A DNA stretch of 62,669 bases, counting the filler, from Stramenopiles sp. TOSAG23-3 (taxonomy: Eukaryota), in the NCBI GenBank assembly GCA_900128585.1. It is 8 parts of 8 records of this genome, joined end to end, with 100 filler letters (N's around TTAATTAATTAA, not from the genome) between each part and the next. Parts side by side here need not be neighbours in the genome. Positions count along the whole stretch, not along the records: positions 17,516 to 26,161 come from LT642996.1; positions 26,262 to 34,904 come from LT642997.1; 6 more parts are not named here. One strand, given 5' to 3'. The translations under genes were made by a program, and so were the position numbers. Positions 20,843-33,087 of the stretch are shown here, in pieces (the stretch's first letter is position 1; every line of letters starts with the position of its first letter). The notes beneath the pieces were generated by a model that searched no databases, was not told where the DNA came from, and saw only the letters and a list, made by a program, of their open reading frames with translations.

Positions 20843-21448
20843 ATTTGTATTTCGTATACTGGTTTGTATTGTATCTATCAAAATAGTAAACCAGGAGAAA
20901 ATTCGAAGACCACCGGAGATAGATTTTCGGTTTCTTAATAGTTAATGTATTGTACATAAAGTATATATTTATACATTATACTGATACATAATCATAACAT
21001 CATCTTTCTTTTATTATCATTATCCTTATTTAAAGAGTTATGTTAATTGGAAAGGTTCAGGTCTTTTTTTTTTTTTTAATAAATCATATAACATAGGAAT
21101 AGCGTTAATAAAAATAGATTTGCCAACTTTAATTTGTCATCTCACGCACAAGGTTTGAATAACATAGGAATAGCAAAGGGCAAACAAGAAAGTCCAACAA
21201 TTTTGGGTTCGTTCTTTTTTCGTTCTTCACTGCTGCTTTTATACACCATGAACTCGAGCGAGCAGGAACCAGAAGTTAGGAATGATTTCCATTTTTGTTC
21301 CTTTCTTTCTGTTCATTCTGTACCCCATTCGTTTCAACAAGTAATTAAATCAATAAAAGCACAAAAGTTGCGTACATAAGTACAAAAAAGAGTCCGACGA
21401 GACACGACACGAACGAAAGAAGGATCTTCTTCACACGTGACGAAAGAA

Positions 21449-23437
21449 ATGCCGGGGAAAGCGAAGAAATGGAACAGGGATACAAAAACGTTCCGGTCAA
21501 GCAAGCGCGTCAAGAAAGGGGGGAAAGGCGGGAAGTTTACTTGGTACGGTAACACTGGTGGTCACGATTACAACGTCTACAACCCATACGATGAAAGTGA
21601 GGACGAGTACGAGTACGACGTTGGGCACGACGAAGCCCTCCAGCAGGACGACGTTGCGGACTTGGTCCCCCGAACACTTTTGAAACGCCAGGTCTCCGAA
21701 ACGGCAGTCGAGACGGCCCAGAAGCGCGCGCTTGCACCTACTCTACCACGTTTGCAATCGTACGACGGGGAACTAGACCACCTCATGCCCAAACCGCCTA
21801 CCAATTTGATTGGCACACCAGAAGCCTTTTGGGATGAACAAGCGAGCGACGGCAACCTCATCGAACGGATCAAGGCGGTGCAGCTCTTACCAGCGGACGG
21901 CTTGCGAGAACGTTCCCCGTTCAACGCAAAGACTCGAAGCAAAGACTCGGAACCCTCGCCGAAGGGGCTGAAACGGGTGTTTCGCGAGCTGAAGCGAGAT
22001 TTACCGCGTGCGCTAGACAACGACGCGTTTGGTAGTATTTTCATCCGTTACGATAGTGAATCCCCGCACTTTATGCAGGCCATGTTGACGGGTGGGCCGT
22101 ACTCGCCGTACTGCCACGGACTCTTCCTGTTCGACATTTGCTGCGGAAAAGATTACCCCGCGAAGAATTGCCAGGTGCAGCACACGACCAAGAATTCCAG
22201 CACTTTCAAGCTGCGCCATTCTCCCGGCGGGTTTTCGCCGAACCTGCACTCATCCTCGGGCAAGGTATGCCTTAGCCTGCTGGGAACATGGTCCGGAATC
22301 GGCTGGTCTCCGAATAAATCGAACGTGTACCAAGTCTTGTCGACCCTCATTCGAGACGTCTTTGGGGTCGAGCACCCTTACTACAACGAACCGAACTATG
22401 GATTTTGGGAAGGCACGGCACCATCGTCGGGGCCGCACAAGGACGTGGTCATTGAGTGCGACGAGATAATTCGGGAAAAAACCATCGAACTTGCCATGAT
22501 TGCGCCGTTGAAATCCCCCCCGGTGGGTTTTGAGGACGCCGTCAGGCTGCACTTTTTAGTTCGGCAAACGGCGATCGAAAATTCGCTCGTCAAGTGGGTA
22601 GACGAGGCACGCCGTCGGGCAAGCTCGGCGGAAAAAATGTTGGTGGCGGCAGAAAGGAATGAAAAAGAGGCGATGGACGAAATGAACGGGGGGAAGAACA
22701 CAGACGAAGACGACATGCCGACCAAAAGCGCAAAACAAAGCAAGAAGAAGGACAAGAAGCAGAAACAACAGAGGTTGGCGGGCATCGTTCATGCCCTTCG
22801 GAAACAGTGCTCTCGCCAGAAGGCCCACGCCGAGAGGTTGCAGACACTATCCGTTCAAGTGAAAGCAGCGCTCTTTCAGAACATGGGGTTTTCCAACGCG
22901 AAACGGGCAATCGGCCGACAGCTGGACACTATGCAGTACGCGCAAACAAGCCTGGAAATTCTTCGACACAAACTGGGCGCCATGTTCAACGCGTGCATTT
23001 CTGCAAAAAAAGTGTTTCGAGTGGAGCGGGGTGGGATTACCTTTACAGCAGAACGAAAATTAACCGACACGTTCCGTTCCAATGCTAACAAAGATTTGGA
23101 GTGGGAGACAAGGCACCTCGGGTCGAAGGGAAAGTTTGAAAAGGCGTTCAGTGAGATCCACACCGTCCGGGACACCATTGACAACCGAAAGGCAGTTCAT
23201 GTGTGCGTTGTCGATATGGTCAACCACGTCATAGAGTCAAAACTCGAGGAAACGTCTACGGTTATCACGAACGTGTCGGGCAATGCTTTTGCTGTTTTGC
23301 AGGAGGGCGAATCCAACGAGGAGGAGGAGGAGGAGGAGAACGCTCGCGTTGATCTAGCCACGGTTGAAATCGAAGACGAGGAGGATACGAAGTTTGGACA
23401 AGCGCCATCCACGTCCACTGGGGAAGAAGAAGAGTAA
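21449..23437 (+). CDS. Ubiquitin-conjugating enzyme E2 of BIRC6/UBE2O/UBE2Z type with C-terminal helical extension
   Basis: GPYSPYCHGLFLFDI, FSPNLHSSSGKVCLSLLGTW (catalytic Cys) and HPYYNEP. Confidence 0.88.
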   Translation: MPGKAKKWNRDTKTFRSSKRVKKGGKGGKFTWYGNTGGHDYNVYNPYDESEDEYEYDVGHDEALQQDDVADLVPRTLLKRQVSETAVETAQKRALAPTLPRLQSYDGELDHLMPKPPTNLIGTPEAFWDEQASDGNLIERIKAVQLLPADGLRERSPFNAKTRSKDSEPSPKGLKRVFRELKRDLPRALDNDAFGSIFIRYDSESPHFMQAMLTGGPYSPYCHGLFLFDICCGKDYPAKNCQVQHTTKNSSTFKLRHSPGGFSPNLHSSSGKVCLSLLGTWSGIGWSPNKSNVYQVLSTLIRDVFGVEHPYYNEPNYGFWEGTAPSSGPHKDVVIECDEIIREKTIELAMIAPLKSPPVGFEDAVRLHFLVRQTAIENSLVKWVDEARRRASSAEKMLVAAERNEKEAMDEMNGGKNTDEDDMPTKSAKQSKKKDKKQKQQRLAGIVHALRKQCSRQKAHAERLQTLSVQVKAALFQNMGFSNAKRAIGRQLDTMQYAQTSLEILRHKLGAMFNACISAKKVFRVERGGITFTAERKLTDTFRSNANKDLEWETRHLGSKGKFEKAFSEIHTVRDTIDNRKAVHVCVVDMVNHVIESKLEETSTVITNVSGNAFAVLQEGESNEEEEEEENARVDLATVEIEDEEDTKFGQAPSTSTGEEEE

Positions 23438-24259
23438 TATATGGGAGGTTTCCGCGTGTGCCGCTCAAAATAAATGTGGGAGAATTCATAAAATGTAAAA
23501 GAAAGAAATACGTTCACAGAAATACTTGCAATTTGCCAATCGCCATATCTCGCCATATATATCATAAATGACCGCAAGGCTTATTCTCCCCCTCGATGTT
23601 TTTGACGACAGGACGAGATCCAAACGGGCATGCCAACGAACCACGTCTACCGCCCCACTGATCGAAAATGACACAAACGACCCTCCCCCGACATCTCAAC
23701 CCACAGATGACAATCCCATGACTGATTTACAAGACAGGAAGATCGTACAAGGATTGAGCTACCTATGAGTGAGATATCGGATGAGGCCGTTAACGGACAA
23801 ATGGAATTAAATTGTCCCCTCGGATTGACAACCAACAACGAAACAAAATTACAGAACCCAATATTAATAACAGCCAATTTTCTTGTTTTTAATAATATGC
23901 ATTTTGTTTTTTAAATTTAAATAAAATAAAAAAATAAAGTAAAAAATAAATAAAAATATATATAGAATACTAAAACTAAACCAAAACTCCCACCCGTTCC
24001 CAAGTTCGGAGAAGACTAGTTCGAAGCAGAGGAAGCAGCCGAAAAAACGAAAAAGCACGAATATGGTATAAAGAAAGAAAGAAGATTTATATCCGTAACA
24101 GCGAGCGAGAAGATCTTGACGAGCAATGTTGCTATTATACGAAGTAATACCGGTAATAAATATATGAAGGAAACAATCAATTGGAATAATATATAATAAT
24201 GAAATTTTAAAGGTGGATGAGATCGATGAAAATAGAGTAGACGAGTACGAAAGTACGAC

Positions 24260-24343
24260 AAGAACAATTTCATCAAGAAGAAGAACAATTTCATCAAGAA
24301 GAAGAACAATTTCATCAAGAAGAAGAACAATTTCATCAAGAAG
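24260..24343. repeat. 21-bp minisatellite x4 (aagaacaatttcatcaagaag)
   Basis: Units start at 24260, 24281, 24302 and 24323. Confidence 0.95.
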
Positions 24344-25542
24344 AAGCCGGCAGGAACACAGCGTTTTGTAATTGAAAGTTGTAGATGCAGTAGACCACCG
24401 GAACAGAACCAGGCACAACCCCAGCCGCAAACTGGCAACGGCAACGCCACTTCTTTCTTTTCGTACGAAATCGTTTTTATTGATTCTGGACCTCCTTTTT
24501 TTCAGGAGTTTTGGTATTTTTTGCACAGACTATGTTTAGTACACAGTGTACAAATGTTCTTTTTTACAATAAGTTTATACAAATGAAAATCCTCTCAGTT
24601 TAAAATAGAAAAAATTCTTTTTTATAGAAAACTTTTTCCACAAACCTTTACTATTAGTACACATTATAATTGTATAAAAGAGTTATATGTATAATTTCTC
24701 CACTACTTGCCTAATATGGTCATGAACACACATGTTAAATTACCAGTGGCTCATTGCGAATTGTCCGACCCCGAACAGACGCGTAGACGCCTCTCGCGTG
24801 ACGGTAGGCAACACACAAGAGTGGAACGCTATCCACCAACACGAACTGGAACAGTCAGTTGGGCGTGGCAAGATTGCACCTCGTTACTTAGCCAAGAATT
24901 CAAAAATGTTTGGAATTGGTCGGGAGAAATTATTAAATAGTTGGGTGTATCATATTCGTACTTTAGTTATTAGTCCTGGCTGTTACCTATTAAATTACCA
25001 ATATTATATAGTGTACGAAATAAAATTATGAAATAAAAGATCCATTATTTTATTTACTAGGCACACAACATGATCATCTAAAGCAGTGGCTGTTTAGCAA
25101 CTCCGGTGTAGTTATAATACTCGTACGGGAAATTGGCAAATGAGACGTTTTTACACGGGCAAAAATAAAATGACTGCTACACTACACACTGCTACTTCAC
25201 ATTTCACATTTCACACTTCTTCACAGCCTTCATCCTTCATCACATCAGCCTTCTTCAGCCTTCTTCTCAGCTCTCAGCTCTCAGCGCAGAAGGGTGTTTT
25301 CATCAGCAGTGTTTTTTAATAAATAATAATCTAATATATCGCAAATTGAAGAACTAATAATTAACACAAAATGTTATACTGTAGGCAAATGAAAACGAAC
25401 GGTTGTAGTTGTTACACACGATACTAAATTGAACACAGAAGAGTTTGAATTCACACAGATAGATTACTTGAGGTGATTACCGAAACACTTTTGGAGCGTA
25501 GCAATTTTCGACAGCACGTTGTTTCCTTCAGTTTGTGGAGCA

Positions 25543-26161
25543 ATGAGAACGGGCGTCGGCTTGGCAGTCCTGTTGCTCTCAATCTTCGTCAGGTTTGTAC
25601 ATGTCGATGGGGTTGATTGCACCTTTGCTACCTCTACCAATGTACTCAATATATCAGAGGACTGTACGATGAAGAGAATAGGGGACAATTACAGCCGGTT
25701 CCAAACCAACTCGCCAGTGTTTTTCATCCACGGCACTCCGTTGTGGTTGCCACAGAAAATATTAACCATAAATGACGATAGACTTCGACACTTTAAAGTG
25801 AGCAATGACACGGAACTTGTCCTTGTGAATTTGGAACTTGTAGGGGGAGAAATCAATACTATACCAATTTTTTCTAGGGGGGGAGCTGTGTTAGTGGAAG
25901 AAAACAGCCGGCTGACAGCAAAAAAGGTCAAATTTGTTGGAAACACTGCTCACCGCGGTGGGTTTGCAGTATACCTGGAACAAAATGCTATTTTCAACTG
26001 CACGGACTGTGTATTTTCTGGCAACAAATGGAGGTCGAAAGCTTCCTCAAACAATATTTTTTTTGGAACCATTGGAGGAGCTGAAATCGGTGGACTCTAC
26101 CTAAGGAACTGCCATTTCATTGATAATGTTGCTTGGAATGAACAAGGCGGCGCGATAGGAG
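25543..26161 (+). CDS. Secreted/surface beta-helix protein (pectin-lyase-like, Pmp-type GGA/FxxN repeats), 3'-truncated by contig end
   Basis: Signal peptide (MRTGVGLAVLLLSIFV); RGGAVLV, FVGNTAHRGG, FSGN and FIDNVAWNEQGGAI motifs. Confidence 0.78.
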
Positions 26162-26261
26162 NNNNNNNNNNNNNNNNNNNNNNNNNNNNNNNNNNNNNNN
26201 NNNNNTTAATTAATTAANNNNNNNNNNNNNNNNNNNNNNNNNNNNNNNNNNNNNNNNNNNN
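26162..26261. other. Artificial contig spacer
   Basis: 44N-TTAATTAATTAA-44N. Confidence 0.98.
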
Positions 26262-27091
26262 ACGGGAGATAAGACGGTGAATTCTACACTGACGGCAAAG
26301 AGTGAAAAACAGCAAAGAAAGAAGAAAGAGGGAGAAGACAAATAAATTAAATCTTGACAGTCACGGTAAATTAAATTTCTCTTCAAAACTAATAATAGAT
26401 ATTGAAATCTAGATACATTACATAGCATTGAACAAGTGGAGTCCAACTTTCATCTTTCCTCAAACTCTTCCTGTGCAGCTTTTCCAATAAAATAAAATAG
26501 ATGATGATCGGGAGAGATACGCAAGCCCTCTCCAGTTTGTTTCGAACTATACGGAGTCCCATACTTGAATATTATAGTGCCAAGCGGCCCGTACCGTTAT
26601 GCATTTTTGCATTATTCGGTTTCCTGTACAGGAAATAACTGCTTGTTTCTAATTGTAGTCCTTATTTATTACAACTTATTCACTATTATATATAGAACGA
26701 CTATAGTACGGTCGATCAAATAAAAATAATACTCAACTTACCAACTGCGAGCTCTTCAACAACAAGCAGTGAATAATCAGCACTGCTGTTACTTTGTAAT
26801 TATTTAAAATAATTGTTACACTATATGGTCCTAGTAGTAGCTCTCATCATCCTCTCTCCTCTCTCACACGACGAGCAGACTAATTCGAAACATTGGTAAC
26901 TTTCCAAGTTTTTCTGCAAACGTCTCCTTTCCCCCTTACAATTCTCGGAGTATTCCATGAGTAGTCTTCACATGACAACAAAGAAAGCGCCCAATTTTCT
27001 ACGTCCAGCTTGAAAAGTACCGTCTTGTTCACGTCGGACTCGCCTATCCACATACTGTATAGTGTACCAGCCTATTGGGCGGCAAGAAAAG

Positions 27092-30000
27092 ATGGACAAT
27101 CTCTTCGGCCCGGGAAAGACTGAGAATAAACTGCGTACTTATGCCCGGTTTTTTGCGTTGGGAACCCGGGACGAACACACACCAGTGAGTGCTGGGAGTG
27201 GAATCAAAAAAATTTCCGCTCTGAAAGCGGGATCTTTCATTGTAAAGAAGGCAATGCAAAGCGTAAAACAATCTTCTTTTCCGGTAGCTTTTAAAAAACT
27301 TGGCGAAGGCGAAGAGGAAGGCAAACTTTTGAGCTTTCGGGCCCTAAAGAACGTCCACGTCCTGCAGCATTACAAGGGGAAAACACTCCAGCAAACCTTA
27401 TTTCAATTTCCAGAAAGTGATATACAGTTGTACTTTTTGCACCCAGGTCGACCCCCTCGTCATATAGACAACACGGGAGACCTTGATTTTGCCATGAACG
27501 ACTTTTTAAAGTTGAAAAACGATATTGTTGGGAAAGAAGTTCACGCGCACGTCGCTGAAGCGTTTGCTGGATTGTTCAATAACGATGACAGGGCAATTCT
27601 GCAAGGCGTGCATGACATATGGGAAGTTGCATCTTTTTCCGAAGGTTACAAGCTAGTGAGCCAGGGGGCACTAAAGCAATTGTCGGCTTTATTAGAGCAC
27701 CGCCATTTGGAAGTGCAATGCGCGGTCCTTGCGGCGTTCTGGTCGCTTGCATTCCATCACAGGCTCTCGATGGACTTTGTGAAAAGTCACGTGCTCCCAC
27801 GAATACTAGACAAAAAACAGAAGCACCGTTTTTCTACTTACAACAAGAGCAATGAGGGAATTTTTACTTTTCACGTCCGCGTGTTTGGACTTTTGGCATG
27901 TTTAGTGTGCGAGGGGGGGGGGCGAAACAGGGAAACGTCCTGGGAACAGATGGAGTCGACCTGTTAATAAATTTTGTACAATACCCGTCGTCGCCAAAAG
28001 CCCACCAGTTAGGGTTTATGGCCCTTCTTGACGCCATCCTCGGTAGTCGGGAGGCTTGCTTGCACATTGTCGAGAACCAGGAGCTTGTCAAAATATTGAC
28101 GCACTCGTTGAGAGAAGTTCACGATGCGACAAGCATGATAGAGGACATTGAGATATTATGCGCATTGTCGAGGGTGGAAGGCTCCCATGGATCGCACTTG
28201 CACTCCGCTGGAGCCTTGGGCGATGTAGTTGCGGTCATTAAGCAATTTCACGAGAAAGGTGTGAAGGTCATGAAAGAAATCGACCAGGAAAAATGGGAGA
28301 CCATTATCCTTCATGCCATAGCGACGTTGTGGGGTATAGTGTCCGGGGAACACGGGCCGTCACCGGCCCTGGAGACCACCGAGCTGGTCGTCCAAATTGC
28401 AATGGAAATGGCGGACGGGCACGGGTCGCATGAAGCGGAAATGCTCATCTGCTGTTTTGGGCTGTTGAGTGTGGTGATCCACAAGCCGCACACAATATCA
28501 GGAATCTTACAGTCGGAGAAGACCTACGATTTTTTTCTTCGGTGCACTTTGCACAAAGACGTCGGGGTGCGCGTCAAGGCCGCTACTGCACTTAAGTTTC
28601 TAGTGTTGGACGACCCAGCACATGCGAACAGCGTGGGATGCTGGAAAAAGATTTTGGAAAGCGAGAAGCAGAATTACAAGACACACGAAGTTTCATTCCC
28701 ATTGTTGCAAGCGCTTGAGTACTTGTCTGATCTGTACGTTGTTCGTTCAAAAGAGTCCATCGTGGATCTCTCCCAGTTACTGCTATTCCATTCCCCAGAC
28801 GAAGTTGAAATTCATCTGGCCGTACTCTGGAAACTGGCCCTTGTTCCAGAAAACAGATACACACTCGCGAGAGACGAAATAACTTTCAAGAATTTGCTTG
28901 CTGTCACTGAGAAATTCAGTGCCAACGTTGATTACGTTCACATAGTTTATTCTGCCATTTGCAGTTTTTGGGCGTTAACCGGTGACAACAAAGAGAACAA
29001 TTATCATTGCATAAACCATGGTTGGGTAGACTTTTTGGTAAGCTATTTGGCACGGTCCCAAGAGTATGTTTTGGACACTCCCGAAGAGACCGTTGAGCGA
29101 CTTGCGTCGGCCTGTGAAAAGCCTGCCAAAAACGCCACAAACAACATGCTTTCTCCACGCACGATCTCGATCAAGTCAGAGAGCATTTTGCCACCGAAAT
29201 TTAATCTGCCACAACTGCGGCACAATACCACAGCGTCTCAACTTGATATTCGGTGCGACGCCTGGACAGTCGGTATATGCGCTTTGTGGACTTTATTAGA
29301 CCACGAAGATGCAATCGAAATAATGCTAAAAACGGGCTTATCAGGTGTGTTGCTCAATTTGATTATTGAGAACGGGCTAAGGATACCTTCACTTCTCCGC
29401 ATACGAGCAAGCGGCATGCTTCTGGATATGCTCTTGCACAGGGAACATACCAAAGAAGCTTTTGCCAAGTTGTACCCCAAAAACATTGCAGAAAGACTAA
29501 TCGTGACGATGCTTTATTTTCGTGATATCGACACCCAGTGCTACGGTGCGATTTCCGCAGTACGACGGGCCACAGGAGAGCACAGAATATCCCTGGTCAA
29601 GCTTGGGGCCGTAGAAAAGCTAATGGAACTGCTGAGCGGAGCTGAGGCAGACAGCTCGTTAGCCGAATACTGTTCGCAAGGGCTTTTGAATTTATCGACG
29701 CACCCAACCGTCCAGCAATACATTCCCAAAGTGCTCGAAGGAAGCGGCTTTCGCACAGTTCTTCAGTTAGCCACAAAGGAAGGGAGGACGAAAATGTACC
29801 CTTCTCAAGTATTTGCGGCCGGGATTTTAACGAATTTGATGAGACACAAAGCAAATCGCACGACCATGTACAAGGTAGAGCTGCAGAAAAGAACAGAGGA
29901 GCTCTACGGAGAACTGATCGTAGACCCTGACCAGTACGTGCGACCGCAAAGCCACAAGGTAACGTCAAAATCGCCGAAAAAGCGGGGTTTCCAAACCAAC

Positions 30001-32853
30001 GATCCGAGGACCTCGTTTTTGTTGTGGATATCGAACTTGATGGACGGAGGATCAATTTCTAAAAGTGATGGCGTAAGGGAACCGGTCCCAGCCCCCCCCT
30101 TCAATGCAGAAAAAGATGCAGAGGGCTTAAGGGATTCTTTGCAGCCCGCGAAAGCATTAACTCGATCAATGTCGCCGCGACGACGTTACGCAAACGCCAA
30201 GCCTGGCTTTGGAAAGCCTACTTTTGCCAACGGTCCCAAAACATTGCGGGGAAACATGTGCAAGCCCGCAACGGAGATATGGAGAGATTCGCATGCAATT
30301 GAAGCAAAGAACTTTGCCGTGTCGGTTTACAACCAAGACAACCCCCCTACGATCAAGAGGGCCCTGGAAGGTGGCCTTAGTTGCTTGCTTTCCGATTTGA
30401 ACGTCAGTGCCCCAAACCGATGGGAACCTTCTATTGTCAAGCTGGACTGGGGCAAAGCAGTTGACAAACACAGCTCTGTCAGAGTGACTCATTCCGGAAA
30501 AATTACCAGTAAATTCAATATTGTGCTAGATCCCCCGGAGTCACCAAGAAGCCATATAAAGTTTAATCCAGTTTCCACAGCAGTGCCTGGACGACAGGCG
30601 CGGCTCAGCGCGTGGCCACATATTTCGGGGGCGAGGGCGGGGCAGGGGATATTCACGTCCTTTGAAATGCCAGACGGGCAGGTAATGTATTTCTATGAAA
30701 ATGACAGGCTGCAAGAAGCGCATGTGCCCCAGGAAGTTTCCCCAGTGGTTCCGAGCGACCCATCGCAGTTTGGGTCGCCGGTGTTTGTAGAGCCAGGACC
30801 CCCAGCAAATTTTTCGCACAACGATCCGCCCAAAATTCGTAGCCTACCTGCCCCAAAGCCACCCATGGCCCCACCGACGAAGTTGGACGAAGTTTTAGAG
30901 CGAAGTTCAAACAAAATGATATGTTTTGGGTACGGGAACAAGCAGCACGTCGAGATCCACATTAGACGCAGAAAGAGTTCTGTTGACCCGAATGCTTGGA
31001 ATTTGGATAAGTCCATCTTCGCAGCCCGACCGTTCGACAACGATAGCAAAACATATTGGGACGATGGAATTACAGAGCAGCTAGCTTTCGACGTGGACTG
31101 GCAGCGATGCATAGACAAAGCCAGTTTCCGATCGTTTCTCAGTAAGTTGCCACATACCGTTCACCCCTTCGAGATTGGGGACATGGTAGAAGTGTTGGAA
31201 GAATTGAGTACGAATAGAATTGCACAAGGGACGATCCGTGTAGTCCACCACAGCGGGCACGTGTCGGTAAAACTGGAGCAGGGCAATTACCTGGAGAGTA
31301 TTTGCCTTTCAAGGGTTCGCTTTGTACATGGCGATTGGGGGGGCGACGGTGGCAAGAACCCACGCATCAGCAACCACGACGATATTGAAGAACTGGAACG
31401 AACGGTTCCCGCAGCATTGGTGGGGGATATCATAGGCTTAAAAGGTGCCGGAAAACACAGGCTGGAACACTTCAGTTTGTGCAAATTTACGTTTCCCGAT
31501 CACGAGTCTATTGAAGCTGCAAACGAAGGCGAGCATCTTCCTATCAAAATCAAAGGCAACAGAGCCAAAATATCCCACGCAGTAGACCTACTGAACGAGG
31601 CGGAAGACATCGCCGACATCAAGCACACGATGTCACGCCACGTCGAGACCGCGTACAGGGCCTTTGCATATTTTGGTAGTATTTCTGGTCCACCGGGGCA
31701 CTTACTTGACAACCAATTCTACGATTTCATTCATCTCTGTCACATAAACAACGAGGCCTCCACGTCTTGCAACAATCACAAAATAATAGAAATTGTCACG
31801 AAGACACTGTCTGTAGAAAAACGCCACCATAGCGCAGAGGGTTTCAACAGCGGCATCAGAAAAATGTTGGAGAAATCATCAAAAAACAAATTTCGAAGGT
31901 TTGAGTACATTGAAGTCCTCGTGCGGCTGGCGCATGCCAAGTATCACAAGGAAACAGAATCGGTCCCGGATTGTATCGACCGTTTGTTCAAACGAAATAT
32001 CGAAAAACACATCCTGGAAGAGGCGTCCCGCAGCCACAACCGTTTTCGGGATGAGCGATTGTATATGGAAAGTGTCGATAAAGTGCTGAGGCATAACTTC
32101 ACGAAGATCGCAAGGCTATTTTGTCTGTTCGGAGGAGAGCAGACTCAAAATAGGAATTCTTTGTATATGACCTCGGACCAGTTCCTGGGGGTGATGCAAT
32201 CATGCAGCCTTATCAACCACGAATTCAACCGCCGGTCTGCAAAAAATTGCGCAATTTGGAGTATGAATCTAGTCATAGACGACATAAAAAATTACCATAG
32301 GGCGAATGCAATGACATTTACAGACTTTTTGGAGTGCTTGTGTCGCTGCGCAGAAATGTATGACATCCCATCCAAGAGTGAAATTAAGCGAGCAGGGTCC
32401 AAGACTATTGTGGAATACTTTTCTTCGCACAGGTTGAAAAAGCAAGATACCCACAAAATGATAAAGCAGGTAACCCTGTCTAGAATCGAACAGATCAAGC
32501 AGACTTTGGCACATGGGGAATCGTCAAGGTCGTTAATCAATGGGGTCAACATGGAGAGATCTGGCGATGACTTTCATGAACGCGTGGAGCTATTTCTGGA
32601 TCTTCTGTTCCACTTTGCTTATTGTCGGCTGGACAGTTTTAGAAATTATGTAGGTACCCATGATTGGAAATTAAAGAAAATCATCATGCAGTACAAGAAA
32701 AGGCACTTTGAAGTTCGGAGAGACAATCGTTTTACTAAGAGGGCTCTTAAAATCAGCAAAAAACACCCAGTTTTTCATGGTGGAAAGCCAAAGTTTCCAG
32801 AACTGATTGCGTATAATGAGGAGTTTTTGGAAATGCACAACCTTCCCAACTGA
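27092..32853 (+). CDS. Large (~1900 aa) armadillo-repeat protein with PB1-like N-terminus, Tudor/KOW-like and KH domains, and EF-hand-like C-terminus; frameshifted at a G10 run
   Basis: ORFs 27062..27967 and 27898..32853 overlap across the G run at 27913-27922, with ARM-type helices on both sides (LVSQGALKQLSALL; LVKLGAVEKLMELL). KH motif VPAALVGDIIGLKG; FEIGDMVEV; FEYIEVLVRLA and FTDFLECLCRCA. Confidence 0.75.
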
Positions 32854-32884
32854 AGCACACCCAGAAAAAAGGGTCGAGGTGTTT

Positions 32885-33021
32885 TTAAAAACAAAATAAT
32901 GGCTGTTATGTTAGTGTTATTAATCTAAAAATAATTTTTAAACTAGTTTACTCTCAAATAGCAGCCAATATTTTGTTTTTAATTTTTTTAAACAAGAAAA
33001 TTGGCTGTTATTATTTAAGTA
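32885..33021. repeat. Three copies of dispersed repeat module A in alternating orientation, between convergent genes
   Basis: 32885-32909 forward, 32957-32982 reverse, 32988-33021 forward. Confidence 0.8.
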
Positions 33022-33087
33022 ATTAATTAATGTACTGCGAACTGAAATCTAGATTTAGACATTCTAGGCCCCGCAGCCCAACTTCAT

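Noticed and set aside
23864..24526. 220-aa and 144-aa hydrophobic minus-strand ORFs
   Set aside because: Produced by the 21-bp minisatellite and AT-rich sequence; no credible protein features.
26620..26635. Perfect 16-bp palindrome TTTCCTGTACAGGAAA
   Set aside because: Single occurrence; about one such palindrome is expected by chance in 60 kb.
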